DNA from: an uncultured Chloroflexia bacterium
Lineage (GTDB): Bacteria > Chloroflexota > Anaerolineae > Anaerolineales > Anaerolineaceae
Length of the DNA stretch: 32,000 nt
NCBI GenBank assembly: GCA_963704755.1
Contig: OY969938.1
Span: 4,350,001-4,382,000, forward strand
Reading direction: 5' to 3'
The stretch's first letter is position 1. Each line of letters opens with the position of its first letter. This document shows positions 24,813 through 32,000 of this stretch, one piece after another. The position numbers and the translations under genes were made by a program. The notes beneath the pieces were generated by a model that ran no database searches, was not told the origin of the DNA, and was given only the letters and a program-made list of their open reading frames with translations.

Positions 24813-26537
24813 TTGTTCGCCCAGCACTGCTCGCACATGCTCAATAACCTGGTCCAGCCCCACAATTTCCTTCTGGCTGGAGCGGCGGGGTTTCGATTCG
24901 ACGCCGCCGGCTTCGAGGGAGCGGGCGGAGACGGTCAGGCGCAGGGGCAGGCCGATCAGGTCGGCGTCGTTGAATTTGATGCCAGGGCTTTCGCGGCGGT
25001 TGTCGAACAGCACCTCGATGCCGGCGGCGGTCAGGCTGGCATAAAGTTCCTCGGCGACCTTTTCGGGCTGGTCGCTTTGTTTGCCCTGCAGCAGCACCAG
25101 GTGGACCTGGAAAGGCGCCAGGCTGGCCGGCCAGACCAGGCCGGCCGCGTCGTGATGCGCTTCGGCCACACAGCCGATCAGGCGGCCGAGGCCGATACCA
25201 TACGAGCCCATCACAATCGGCTGCGTCTCGCCGTTTTCGTCCTGGTAGGTACAGCCCATGGCATCCGAATAGCGGGTCCCCAGCTTGAAAATGTTGGCGA
25301 CCTCAACACCGCGCTCGGCACGCAGGGGCTGCCCGCAGTTGGGGCAGGCGTCCCCTTCCTGGGCGGCGGCCAGGTCGGTAACGATATTGGCAGCGTAATC
25401 GCGCCCGTAATTGACGTTGCGCAGGTGGGTATCTACCTGGTTGGCGCCGCTGACCAGGTTGGCGGATTGAGGGATCAAGTCGTCCACCACCACCAGTGGG
25501 GCGGTCAGCCCGACCGGCGAGGCGAAACCCGGCACGGCTCCGCTGGCCAGGATTTCCTCTTCGGTAGCCGGGCGCAGGTCGCTGGCATGGATGGCGTTGG
25601 CCAGTTTGGTCTCGTTGAGCTGCATATCCCCGCGCAGGATGGCCATGACCAGGCGTTCTTGCGGACCGGCCGGATCCGCCAGGGTGGCTGTCATGAACAC
25701 GGCTTTGGCCGTTTGGGTATCCGCAATGCCGAGGAAATTGGCCAGGGCTTCGATAGTCTTGGTCCCAGGTGTGGCGACCGGCTCCAGGGGCAGGGGCTGT
25801 TCGGCTGGGGCGGCCTGTTTTTTGAAGGTCGCGACCTGGCGGTTGGCGGAATAGCCGCACGAATCGCACAGGATCAGGGTATCTTCGCCGATGGGGGTCA
25901 GGTACATGTATTCATGGGCGGTCTTGCCGCCCATCATACCCGAGTCGGCGGCCACCGCAATGACCGGCAGCTCGCAGCGCCGGAAGATGTTGAAATAGGC
26001 CTGGTAATGGGCCTGGTACTGCGCATCCAGCCCTTCCCAGGAGGCATCCAGCGAGTAGCTGTCTTTCATGGTGAACTCGCGTACGCGGATCAAGCCCGCG
26101 CGCGGGCGGGGGTCATCGCGGAATTTGGTCTGGATTTGATAGACCAGCAGCGGGAGCTGTTTGTACGAATGAATCTCGCGCCGGACCAGGTCGGCGACAG
26201 CCTCTTCGTGGGTCATAGCCAGGACCATGTCGCGCTCGTTGCGGTCTTTGAAACGGGCCATTTCGGCTCCGATAGCGTACCAGCGGCCGCTTTCCTTCCA
26301 GATCTCAGCCGGCAGCGTGACCGGCAGGCTTAATTCCTGGCCGCCAATGGCGCCCATTTCTTCTCGCAAGATCATTTCGATTTTTTGCTGGACGCGTTTG
26401 CCCAGCGGCATCATGGCGAAAATACCGGTCGCAACCTGGCGGATAAAGCCGGCCCTGACCAGCAGGGCGTAGCCCTCCGATTGGGCTTCGGCGGGCGCTT
26501 CGCGTAACGTTTGAGTGAAAAGCTGGGTCATGCGCAT
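24798..26537 (-). CDS. proS: Proline--tRNA ligase (bacterial type with editing insertion)
   Basis: MTQLFTQTLREAP..., class II motifs (FRDE-like KFRDDPRPRAGLIRVREF, GIGLGR), 579 aa. Confidence 0.96.
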   Translation of the reverse strand: MRMTQLFTQTLREAPAEAQSEGYALLVRAGFIRQVATGIFAMMPLGKRVQQKIEMILREEMGAIGGQELSLPVTLPAEIWKESGRWYAIGAEMARFKDRNERDMVLAMTHEEAVADLVRREIHSYKQLPLLVYQIQTKFRDDPRPRAGLIRVREFTMKDSYSLDASWEGLDAQYQAHYQAYFNIFRRCELPVIAVAADSGMMGGKTAHEYMYLTPIGEDTLILCDSCGYSANRQVATFKKQAAPAEQPLPLEPVATPGTKTIEALANFLGIADTQTAKAVFMTATLADPAGPQERLVMAILRGDMQLNETKLANAIHASDLRPATEEEILASGAVPGFASPVGLTAPLVVVDDLIPQSANLVSGANQVDTHLRNVNYGRDYAANIVTDLAAAQEGDACPNCGQPLRAERGVEVANIFKLGTRYSDAMGCTYQDENGETQPIVMGSYGIGLGRLIGCVAEAHHDAAGLVWPASLAPFQVHLVLLQGKQSDQPEKVAEELYASLTAAGIEVLFDNRRESPGIKFNDADLIGLPLRLTVSARSLEAGGVESKPRRSSQKEIVGLDQVIEHVRAVLGEQENRD

Positions 26538-26590
26538 AATTGGCTTTTATTGTCCTCCATGCGTAACAAATCGGCTCCATACAAAGAACA

Positions 26591-26645
26591 CCCCAATTGG
26601 AGGGGTTTGCGGGTACGAAGCACCCGCAAACCCCTCCAATTGGGG
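26591..26645 (-). terminator. Perfect 24-bp hairpin after the CDF gene
   Basis: CCCCAATTGGAGGGGTTTGCGGGT-acgaagc-ACCCGCAAACCCCTCCAATTGGGG lies 6 nt after the minus-strand stop. On the minus strand it is followed by UGUUCUUUGUAU. Confidence 0.65.
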
Positions 26646-26650
26646 AAAAA

Positions 26651-27550
26651 TTAATCTATCCAATCATCCGGCTCCAGGTGGACATAGGCACGGTCGATAT
26701 TCGGCAGGGATTCTAATCTTTCCGTGATTTCGTCGGTGATTTTGTGCGCGTCGCGCAGGAGCATATCGCCGGCGACGTTGACGTGCAGGTCGGCCACCAG
26801 GCGCGGGCCGGCGTATTCGGTCATCAGGTGATGGACGCGGATGACGCCCGGGACCGATTCGGTGATTTCGATGATCTGGTTGCGCAGCTCTTCCGAGGCG
26901 CCTCCGCCGGTCAGGAAGTTGAGGTTCTCGCGGATGGCCAGGTAAGCTGCCCGGAAAATCCACAAGGCGACGGCGAAGCCTGCGATTGGATCAAGCAGGG
27001 GACTGATCAGCTTGGAGCCGAAGGCCCCCAGGAAAGCTGCACTGGAGGTGAGCACATCGCTGAGGTTATCCTGAGCGGTGGTATTGAGCGTGGGGCTCAC
27101 CAGCTTACGGGCATAATTGCGGATAACGATGAACATCCCGGCTTTGGTGGCTGCACTGACGATCAAAACTACCGTCGGCAGGCCGGGGTTGACTGCCAGG
27201 CCGCCGGCCTGGAAACGGACCCATGAGGCCCGCGCGGCTTCGAACCCGGCCAGGGTCATCGAAAGGGCCACGGCCAGCCCGACCAGGGGCTCGAAGCGGC
27301 TATGCCCCTGCGGGTGCGACATGTCCGGCGGTCGCTGTGCTACCTGCAGTCCCAGCACCATCAACAGCGAGTAGAGCACGTCCGAAATGGAGTTGGCGGC
27401 GTCCGAATAGATCGCAACTGAGCCGGAAGCCCAGGCTACCAGTGCTTTTATACTCGCCAGAAATATATTACCCACCAGGGTGATAATCATTGCCTGGCGG
27501 TAAATTCGGTTTTCTTCAGGCCGTGGTGTGTAATCTCGTACCCAACGCAT
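26651..27550 (-). CDS. Cation diffusion facilitator (CDF) family metal efflux transporter
   Basis: Six TM segments with IYSDAANSISDV and LEPDDW-type C-terminal cytoplasmic domain features. 299 aa. SD AAGGGAGAG upstream. Confidence 0.88.
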   Translation of the reverse strand: MRWVRDYTPRPEENRIYRQAMIITLVGNIFLASIKALVAWASGSVAIYSDAANSISDVLYSLLMVLGLQVAQRPPDMSHPQGHSRFEPLVGLAVALSMTLAGFEAARASWVRFQAGGLAVNPGLPTVVLIVSAATKAGMFIVIRNYARKLVSPTLNTTAQDNLSDVLTSSAAFLGAFGSKLISPLLDPIAGFAVALWIFRAAYLAIRENLNFLTGGGASEELRNQIIEITESVPGVIRVHHLMTEYAGPRLVADLHVNVAGDMLLRDAHKITDEITERLESLPNIDRAYVHLEPDDWID

Positions 27551-27749
27551 GGAACTCTCCCTTAAAAAAATTTACCTCTTAGGTGCAAATATTCTCCATC
27601 CTGGCGGTCAGGCCAGGGTGCACCTTTGAGGTTCTTCTTTCATCGGGGTGGAGTCAGGCTGTGTGCTCCGCCTGCAGTGAGATTTAAGTTTACCATAAAT
27701 TTTGCGGCTGTAGCCTGGCTTTCAAAGCCGGGTTTCGGGCAAACCAGCG

Positions 27750-27884
27750 TCTGGGCGACCAGGGTCGCGGCAACAAAAACACGAAGCCCGGCCTGCGCCG
27801 GGCTCAGGGTTGACGGGGGACCTGGCCCTGATGGAGACCCACGAAGGTGGGTCTTTGTGTACTTGTAGGTGCAGCTTTAGCTGC
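27750..27884 (-). repeat. Structured repeat unit 1 (type A); candidate terminator-ended small RNA on the minus strand
   Basis: Hairpins: GCGAC-cagg-GTCGC; AGCCCGGC-ctgc-GCCGGGCT (27785-27804), preceded on the plus strand by caacaaaaacacga, which is a U tract on the minus strand; AGACCCAC-gaag-GTGGGTCT (27835-27854); GCAGC-ttta-GCTGC. Confidence 0.9.
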
Positions 27885-27908
27885 CACCGGGTTACGGTCA
27901 GGCCCGTG

Positions 27909-28043
27909 CCTGGGCGACCAAGGTCGCGGCAACAAAAACACGAAGCCCGGCCTGCGCCGGGCTCAAGGATGACGGGGAATCTGTCGTAGGTGGAGCCCCA
28001 CGAAGGTGGGGCTTTGTGTGGTTGTAGGTGCAGCTTTAGCTGC
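27909..28043 (-). repeat. Structured repeat unit 2 (type B)
   Basis: Same four hairpins. Terminator stem at 27944-27963. The third hairpin reads AGCCCCAC-gaag-GTGGGGCT, a compensatory change relative to type A. Confidence 0.9.
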
Positions 28044-28090
28044 TGATTGCCCAGCCCGGCTTTCGAAGCCGGGTTTCGGGCAAACCAGCG

Positions 28091-28225
28091 TCTGGGCGAC
28101 CAAGGTCGCGGCAACAAAAACACGAAGCCCGGCCTGCGCCGGGCTCAGGGTAGACGGGGAATCTGTCGTAGGTGGAGCCCCACGAAGGTGGGGCTTTGTG
28201 TGGTTGTAGGTGCAGCTTTAGCTGC
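28091..28225 (-). repeat. Structured repeat unit 3 (type B)
   Basis: Near-identical to unit 2. Terminator stem at 28126-28145. Confidence 0.9.
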
Positions 28226-28249
28226 TGCCGGGCTACGGACAGGCCCGTG

Positions 28250-28384
28250 TCTGGGCGACTAAAGTCGCGGCAACAAAAACACGAAGCCCGGCCTGCGCCG
28301 GGCTCAGGGTTGACGGGGGACCTGGCCCGGAGGGAGACCCACGAAGGTGGGTCTTTGTGTACTTGTAGGTGCAGCTTTAGCTGC
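28250..28384 (-). repeat. Structured repeat unit 4 (type A)
   Basis: Near-identical to unit 1, except the first hairpin GCGAC-taaa-GTCGC and 4 nt in the variable segment. Terminator stem at 28285-28304. Confidence 0.9.
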
Positions 28385-28488
28385 TGTCTGAACGGCGAAG
28401 CCCTGAATTCAACCTCTCTGACTTACACCAAACTTATCCCCGGCTTTGAAAGCCAGGCTACATGATAGATGTCTACATGATCGACAGT

Positions 28489-29505
28489 TCAGGGATTCTT
28501 GGCGACCGCAAGGATTTGGGTGGTGAAGGCTTTGGAGGCGTCCATGGCCGGCAGGGCGTCGTATTGGTGCAGCATGTCGGCCAGGCCCTGCCACTGATCC
28601 AGTGTCTGCCAGCCGATGCCGTTGGCGTCGGTCAGGGGACTGATCGCGTCGGCCATCTCGGTATCCAGCATGAAGCGCTGGAGTTTCGGGTCGGCCTGGT
28701 CGCCGGCGTAGCGCATGACGATTTGGATGGCCTCGTCCGGGTTCTGACGGGCGTAATCGATGCCACGCAGCGCGGCGCGCAGGAAGCGGGCCAGGTCAGT
28801 GGGGCGGGTGTTGAGGATATCCTCAGTGGTAACGTAGGTGAGCCCCAGGCTGGTCAAGCCGAAATCGGAGGCCGACCACAGGTCGATGTCGTAACCCCAG
28901 GAGCGAATCAGGTAAGGCTCGTTGGAATTAAAGACCGGATAAACGTCCACCTTGCCCTCGGTTAGCAGGCGCGGGTCGTAACCCACGCTGACCAGGTTCA
29001 CCTTATTGAGGTCGGCCCCGGCGGCGTCTAAAATGGCGTACAGATCCGGCGGCGGAGTGCCTTTGTAGCCCACGGTGTGGCCTTCCCAATCTTTGGGCGA
29101 GGTGAAACCGGAGGAATGCAAGGCGGCGTAGGCTTGCTGGCCGGTCTGGCCGATCAGGGCGATCGAGACCAGCGGCAGGCCGGGATCGGCGCGGCGTTTC
29201 AACAGCACGGCCGCGTCCTGGGTGGTCACCTGGATTTTGTCCGCGGCCAGGAGCTGGAGCTGAGAGGATTGCCCGACCGAATCCTCGACAGTCACATCCA
29301 GGCCCTCGTCGGCGAAGAAACCCTTGTCCTTGGCCACGTATACCCCCACGAAAGGCAGGTCGGCTTGAGGCTGGTAGCCGGCCATGAAGCTGAAGGGGAT
29401 CAACGCCTGGCCGGTGGGGGCGGAAGTTGGGGATTGGCCGGCGGCGGCGGGGATGCAGGCCGATAGTACAAACAATAAGAAAACCAGGGGGATGAGTCTG
29501 CGCAT
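28489..29505 (-). CDS. ABC transporter substrate-binding lipoprotein, NMT1/THI5-like (NitT/TauT family)
   Basis: Signal peptide with lipobox LSAC. 338 aa with an overall SsuA/ThiY-like pattern (VYVAKDKGFF, VGYKG, PVFNSNEP). Confidence 0.8.
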   Translation of the reverse strand: MRRLIPLVFLLFVLSACIPAAAGQSPTSAPTGQALIPFSFMAGYQPQADLPFVGVYVAKDKGFFADEGLDVTVEDSVGQSSQLQLLAADKIQVTTQDAAVLLKRRADPGLPLVSIALIGQTGQQAYAALHSSGFTSPKDWEGHTVGYKGTPPPDLYAILDAAGADLNKVNLVSVGYDPRLLTEGKVDVYPVFNSNEPYLIRSWGYDIDLWSASDFGLTSLGLTYVTTEDILNTRPTDLARFLRAALRGIDYARQNPDEAIQIVMRYAGDQADPKLQRFMLDTEMADAISPLTDANGIGWQTLDQWQGLADMLHQYDALPAMDASKAFTTQILAVAKNP

Positions 29506-29540
29506 GAGAAATGTTCCTGTAAAGTGGTTTTTTAAGAGGG

Positions 29541-30313
29541 TTATTCAGCCCGACCGGCGTCGCGCTGCCAGAAAATGGCCCGGTGCTCGGCCAGAACGGA
29601 GAGCCGATAGAAAAGGATGCCGGCCAGGGAAAGGATGAAAATGGCGGCGAACAAATAAGGCAGGTTCAGGTTGGCGTAGGCCACCCACATGATGCGGCCC
29701 AGCCCACCGGACGCGCCGGTCCACTCGGCCACTACCGCGCCGATCAGTGCCAGCGGGGCGCTGATTTTGAGAGCCGCGAAAAGGTAGGGCAGCGAAGAAG
29801 GAAATCCGTAAGTTGGTGAAGACCTCCCAGCGTGAAGCGTACCAGGAGTCGAACAGGTCGATCAGGGGCGGCTCCACCTGCTGCAGGCCGGTGAGCATGT
29901 TCACCAGCACCGGAAAGAAGGTCAGCAGGGCCGTGATGATAATCTTGGGGGTGACGCCAAAGCCCAACCAGAGCGTCAGCAGCGGCGCGATGGCCACCAG
30001 CGGGGTGGATTTGACCAGGATAGCCAGGGTCATGACCCCATCTTCGATGCCGGGGATGAGGATCAACAGGCAGGCCAGCAAGATCTCCGGCGGCCATTCC
30101 AAAAATCAAGCCGGCCAGGGCCTCGCCCAGGGTGAACAGGGTCGCCTGGCTGAAATCGGACAGATTGGCAAACAGGGTGGCCAGAATGCGGGTCGGGGCC
30201 GGCAGCAAATAGACCGGGATCGACCAGATCTGCACGGCAGCCTGCCAGCCGAGTAGAAATAACAGTACGATGACCCAGGCAACCCAGACGGAATTCCGCG
30301 ATGAGGTTTTCAT
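29541..30313 (-). pseudogene. ABC transporter permease (SsuC/TauC-like) interrupted by two frameshifts
   Basis: Three overlapping ORF pieces together give a complete permease. Piece 29744..30313 holds the N-terminus up to ...EALAGLIFG. Piece 29545..30102 reads ...[16 protein letters not shown]...[10 protein letters not shown]...[10 protein letters not shown]. Piece 29541..29732 reads ...[15 protein letters not shown]...FWQRD. The switches are near 30081-30106 (next to the A5 run 30101-30105) and at the A3 run 29802-29804, where removing one base gives [30 protein letters not shown]. Confidence 0.8.
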
Positions 30314-31077
30314 CCGGCGCTCCGCTGGACTCCGGCTGCCTGGGCGAGCGTCTGGCGCAATTCGGCCAGCAAGCGCTGGAAGGCCGGGTCGGATTCGTGG
30401 CGGGGCCGCTCCAGGCGGACCGGCAGATCGGCGATGATTTTGCCAGGGGCAGCGCTCATCACCAGCACCCGGTCGGCCAGGCGCAGGGCTTCATAGACGT
30501 TATGGGTTACCCATAAAACGGTGGGGTGCAGCGGACGCCAGAGGTCTAGCAATTCGACCGCCAACAATTCGCGCGTGATTTCGTCCAGAGCAGAAAAGGG
30601 CTCATCCATCAACCACAGGCCGGCATCCTGGACCAGCAAGCGCGCCAGGGCCAAACGTTGCTGCATGCCGCCCGAGAGGGTAAAGGGGTATTCCCCATTG
30701 AGGTTACCCAGGCCGACTCTGCTCAACGCTTCCTGCGGATCGAGCGGCGCAGCCGAGCCCGCGCGGGTAAAGCGGGCCGCCAGGGACACGTTTTGGCGGG
30801 CGGTCAGCCAGGGCAGCAAGGCCGGGCTCTGGGCCATCCAGGCGACTTTTCGACTGGCTTTGACCTCGGCCGGGGATTGGCCGTCGATGCGAATACTCCC
30901 GGCGGTCGGCTTGAGCAGGCCGGCCACCAGGCGCAGCAAGGTAGATTTGCCGCACCCGCTGGGTCCGACGATGGCGACAAATTCGCCGTTGTCCGCCTGG
31001 AATGACAGGCTGTCGATGGCCTTGACAGGCGGCCGGGCGGGATAGGCCAGGAATAATTGATCTACGGATAATTGCAT
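30310..31077 (-). CDS. ABC transporter ATP-binding protein (SsuB/TauB-like)
   Basis: Walker A GPSGCGKST, signature LSGGMQQR, Walker B LWLMDEPFSALD. ATGA overlap with the permease start. Confidence 0.92.
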   Translation of the reverse strand: MQLSVDQLFLAYPARPPVKAIDSLSFQADNGEFVAIVGPSGCGKSTLLRLVAGLLKPTAGSIRIDGQSPAEVKASRKVAWMAQSPALLPWLTARQNVSLAARFTRAGSAAPLDPQEALSRVGLGNLNGEYPFTLSGGMQQRLALARLLVQDAGLWLMDEPFSALDEITRELLAVELLDLWRPLHPTVLWVTHNVYEALRLADRVLVMSAAPGKIIADLPVRLERPRHESDPAFQRLLAELRQTLAQAAGVQRSAG

Positions 31078-31080
31078 GAC

Positions 31081-32000
31081 TCAGGCCTTACGATGCGGGG
31101 GTGTATTGCCGGGCAGCCCCTGCCAGCCGCGCAGAGTTTCGACTTCGACACGGAAGGCGTTTTGAACCCGCCCCGGCAGTTTGTCCTGGCCGGTTTCACC
31201 CAGGTAGCGGCGGGTCAGGCGCGCGGTCAGGCGGTTGAGCACGGCCGAGCCGGATTCATAAGGCAGCGCGCTGACCTTCCCGCGGGCGGCCAGGCGGCGT
31301 AAAGGCGGCCAGGGTTCGTCGATGGTCAACGAAACTTGCGGGTTGCCGCGCACAAATTCGGCCCAGGCGGAACCTTGCCAGGCGATCAAAGTAAAGGATT
31401 TGCCGTCCCACTCCTGCCAGACCGGGATGACGTGGGGCTGGCCATCCGGGCGGATGCAGGCCAGCCGGGCGGTCCAGGGGCCGCGCAGAAAGTCGTCGAT
31501 TTCTGCGGGTGACATTTCCAGCGCCGGGGTGATCTCTTGACGCAGCGCCGGTTGAAAAGGCTGGTAACTGAGCGCACCCAGCCGGTAGGAGAGATGAGCG
31601 GCCACCACACGCAGCTCGGGCAGCCAATTGTTGAGCGTCTCTTGCTCGTCCGCGCGGAAAGCCGGGATGCTCAACAGGACGGCCGCCTGGGGATGGCAGC
31701 CGTCCGGGCAGACCGGCACCGCCAGTTCGAGGGTATCCGGGCTGCGCACCAGGCTGTAGCCGTTGGCCAGCACTTTGCTGTCCGGGTTGTTGGTGATCAC
31801 CAGGCTGGCGGCCAGGTTGTTGTCGATGGCTTCGCCGACCCGGTACACGCTGCGCACCAGGGAATGGCCTTCGGTCTGGCCATAGACCAGGTGCCCTGCC
31901 GGCACCGGCACGACCAGGATGAGGGTCTCCGGCCAGGAAAGACGGGTGGTCTCCAGGTGGAAAGCGGCCAGGAGGTCCTGGCGGAAGTCGCCGGCGGATC
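31081..32000 (-). CDS. Two-domain protein, unknown N-terminal region plus C-terminal PPOX-class (pyridoxamine 5'-phosphate oxidase / F420-binding split-barrel-like) domain; 5' end outside the window
   Basis: The C-terminal part LRGPWTARLACIRPDGQPHVIPVWQEWDGKSFTLIAWQGSAWAEFVRGNPQVSLTID resembles PPOX-like proteins. The frame stays open upstream of the GTG at 31911 to the window edge (…DFRQDLLAAFHLETTRLSWPETLILVVPVPAGH), so the gene is probably partial. It ends 3 nt before the ATPase start. Confidence 0.6.
   Translation of the reverse strand, partial: SAGDFRQDLLAAFHLETTRLSWPETLILVVPVPAGHLVYGQTEGHSLVRSVYRVGEAIDNNLAASLVITNNPDSKVLANGYSLVRSPDTLELAVPVCPDGCHPQAAVLLSIPAFRADEQETLNNWLPELRVVAAHLSYRLGALSYQPFQPALRQEITPALEMSPAEIDDFLRGPWTARLACIRPDGQPHVIPVWQEWDGKSFTLIAWQGSAWAEFVRGNPQVSLTIDEPWPPLRRLAARGKVSALPYESGSAVLNRLTARLTRRYLGETGQDKLPGRVQNAFRVEVETLRGWQGLPGNTPPHRKA

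Larger units (their letters stand above)
27711..28460. repeat. Tandem array of four 135-nt structured units with 24/47/24-nt spacers, bracketed by a 22-nt inverted repeat
   Basis: Directly visible repeats. Unit starts at 27750, 27909, 28091 and 28250 give spacings of 159, 182 and 159 nt, and a 341-nt higher-order period. Flanks: 27711-27732 tagcctggctttcaaagccggg, with its exact reverse complement at 28439-28460. Confidence 0.95.

Noticed and set aside
27826-27858. Hammerhead-like CUGAUGG...GAAG core in unit 1.
   Set aside because: It does not match the CUGANGA...GAAA core. The CTGATGG string is also absent from units 2-4, where the segment is replaced.
27551-27884. Metal (NiCo/czcD-type or Mn) riboswitch in the leader of the CDF gene.
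   Set aside because: I could not match the unit or the 200-nt leader to the conserved cores of these riboswitches from memory. It is kept only as something a cmscan run would settle.
27722-28123. 133-aa minus-strand ORF running through the tandem units, as a possible repeat protein.
   Set aside because: The unit spacing alternates 159 and 182 nt, so the frame is not maintained across the array. The translation is Pro/Arg/Gly-rich, with no start context. Conservation is at hairpin level, not codon level.
27711-28460. CRISPR array interpretation of the tandem repeats.
   Set aside because: The repeats are 135 nt, far longer than CRISPR repeats. The spacers (24/47/24 nt) are themselves repeated pairwise. 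No cas genes or leader are present.

Overview
GC-rich bacterial chromosomal segment (roughly 58-60% GC by eye). It carries mostly housekeeping genes on both strands, broken up by several repeat-rich, gene-free gaps. The repeat style and gene content are reminiscent of Chloroflexota, but I cannot verify that.

Genes recognised, in order:
- a cNMP-binding/bPH membrane protein split by a frameshift
- def, recF, a class I SAM methyltransferase, and rsmG
- a family-5 (DppA/OppA-type) ABC binding protein plus two permeases, with no ATPase
- rsmE and rsmF
- a frameshifted FmrO/Rmt/ArmA-type 16S rRNA m7G1405 methyltransferase
- clpB
- a TetR + DHA2-type MFS efflux pair
- a second, intact Rmt/ArmA-type methyltransferase, translationally coupled to a divergent TGT-family protein and preceded by a GNAT
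- thioredoxin, an S9 peptidase, proS, and a CDF transporter
- a NitT/TauT-type ABC operon (binding protein, doubly frameshifted permease, ATPase), headed by a PPOX-like fusion protein that runs off the window

I saw no rRNA, tRNA, CRISPR, transposase or integrase genes.

Most unusual observations:
1. A 750-bp array of four exactly 135-nt structured units. Each has its own minus-strand intrinsic terminator, and one hairpin shows a compensatory base-pair change between unit types.
2. The DppA-like binding protein appears circularly permuted relative to canonical family-5 proteins.
3. There are two paralogous aminoglycoside-resistance-type 16S rRNA G1405 methyltransferase genes. One has an ATGA stop/start overlap with rsmF (C1407). 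The other has a GTGA overlap with a TGT paralog whose substrate-pocket segment is altered.
4. Several MITE-like or palindromic repeat families are present. One brackets the TetR-MFS cassette, and one supplies the last codons and stop codons of two convergent genes.

Four frameshifts all sit at or next to short homopolymers, so assembly error must be excluded before calling pseudogenes.
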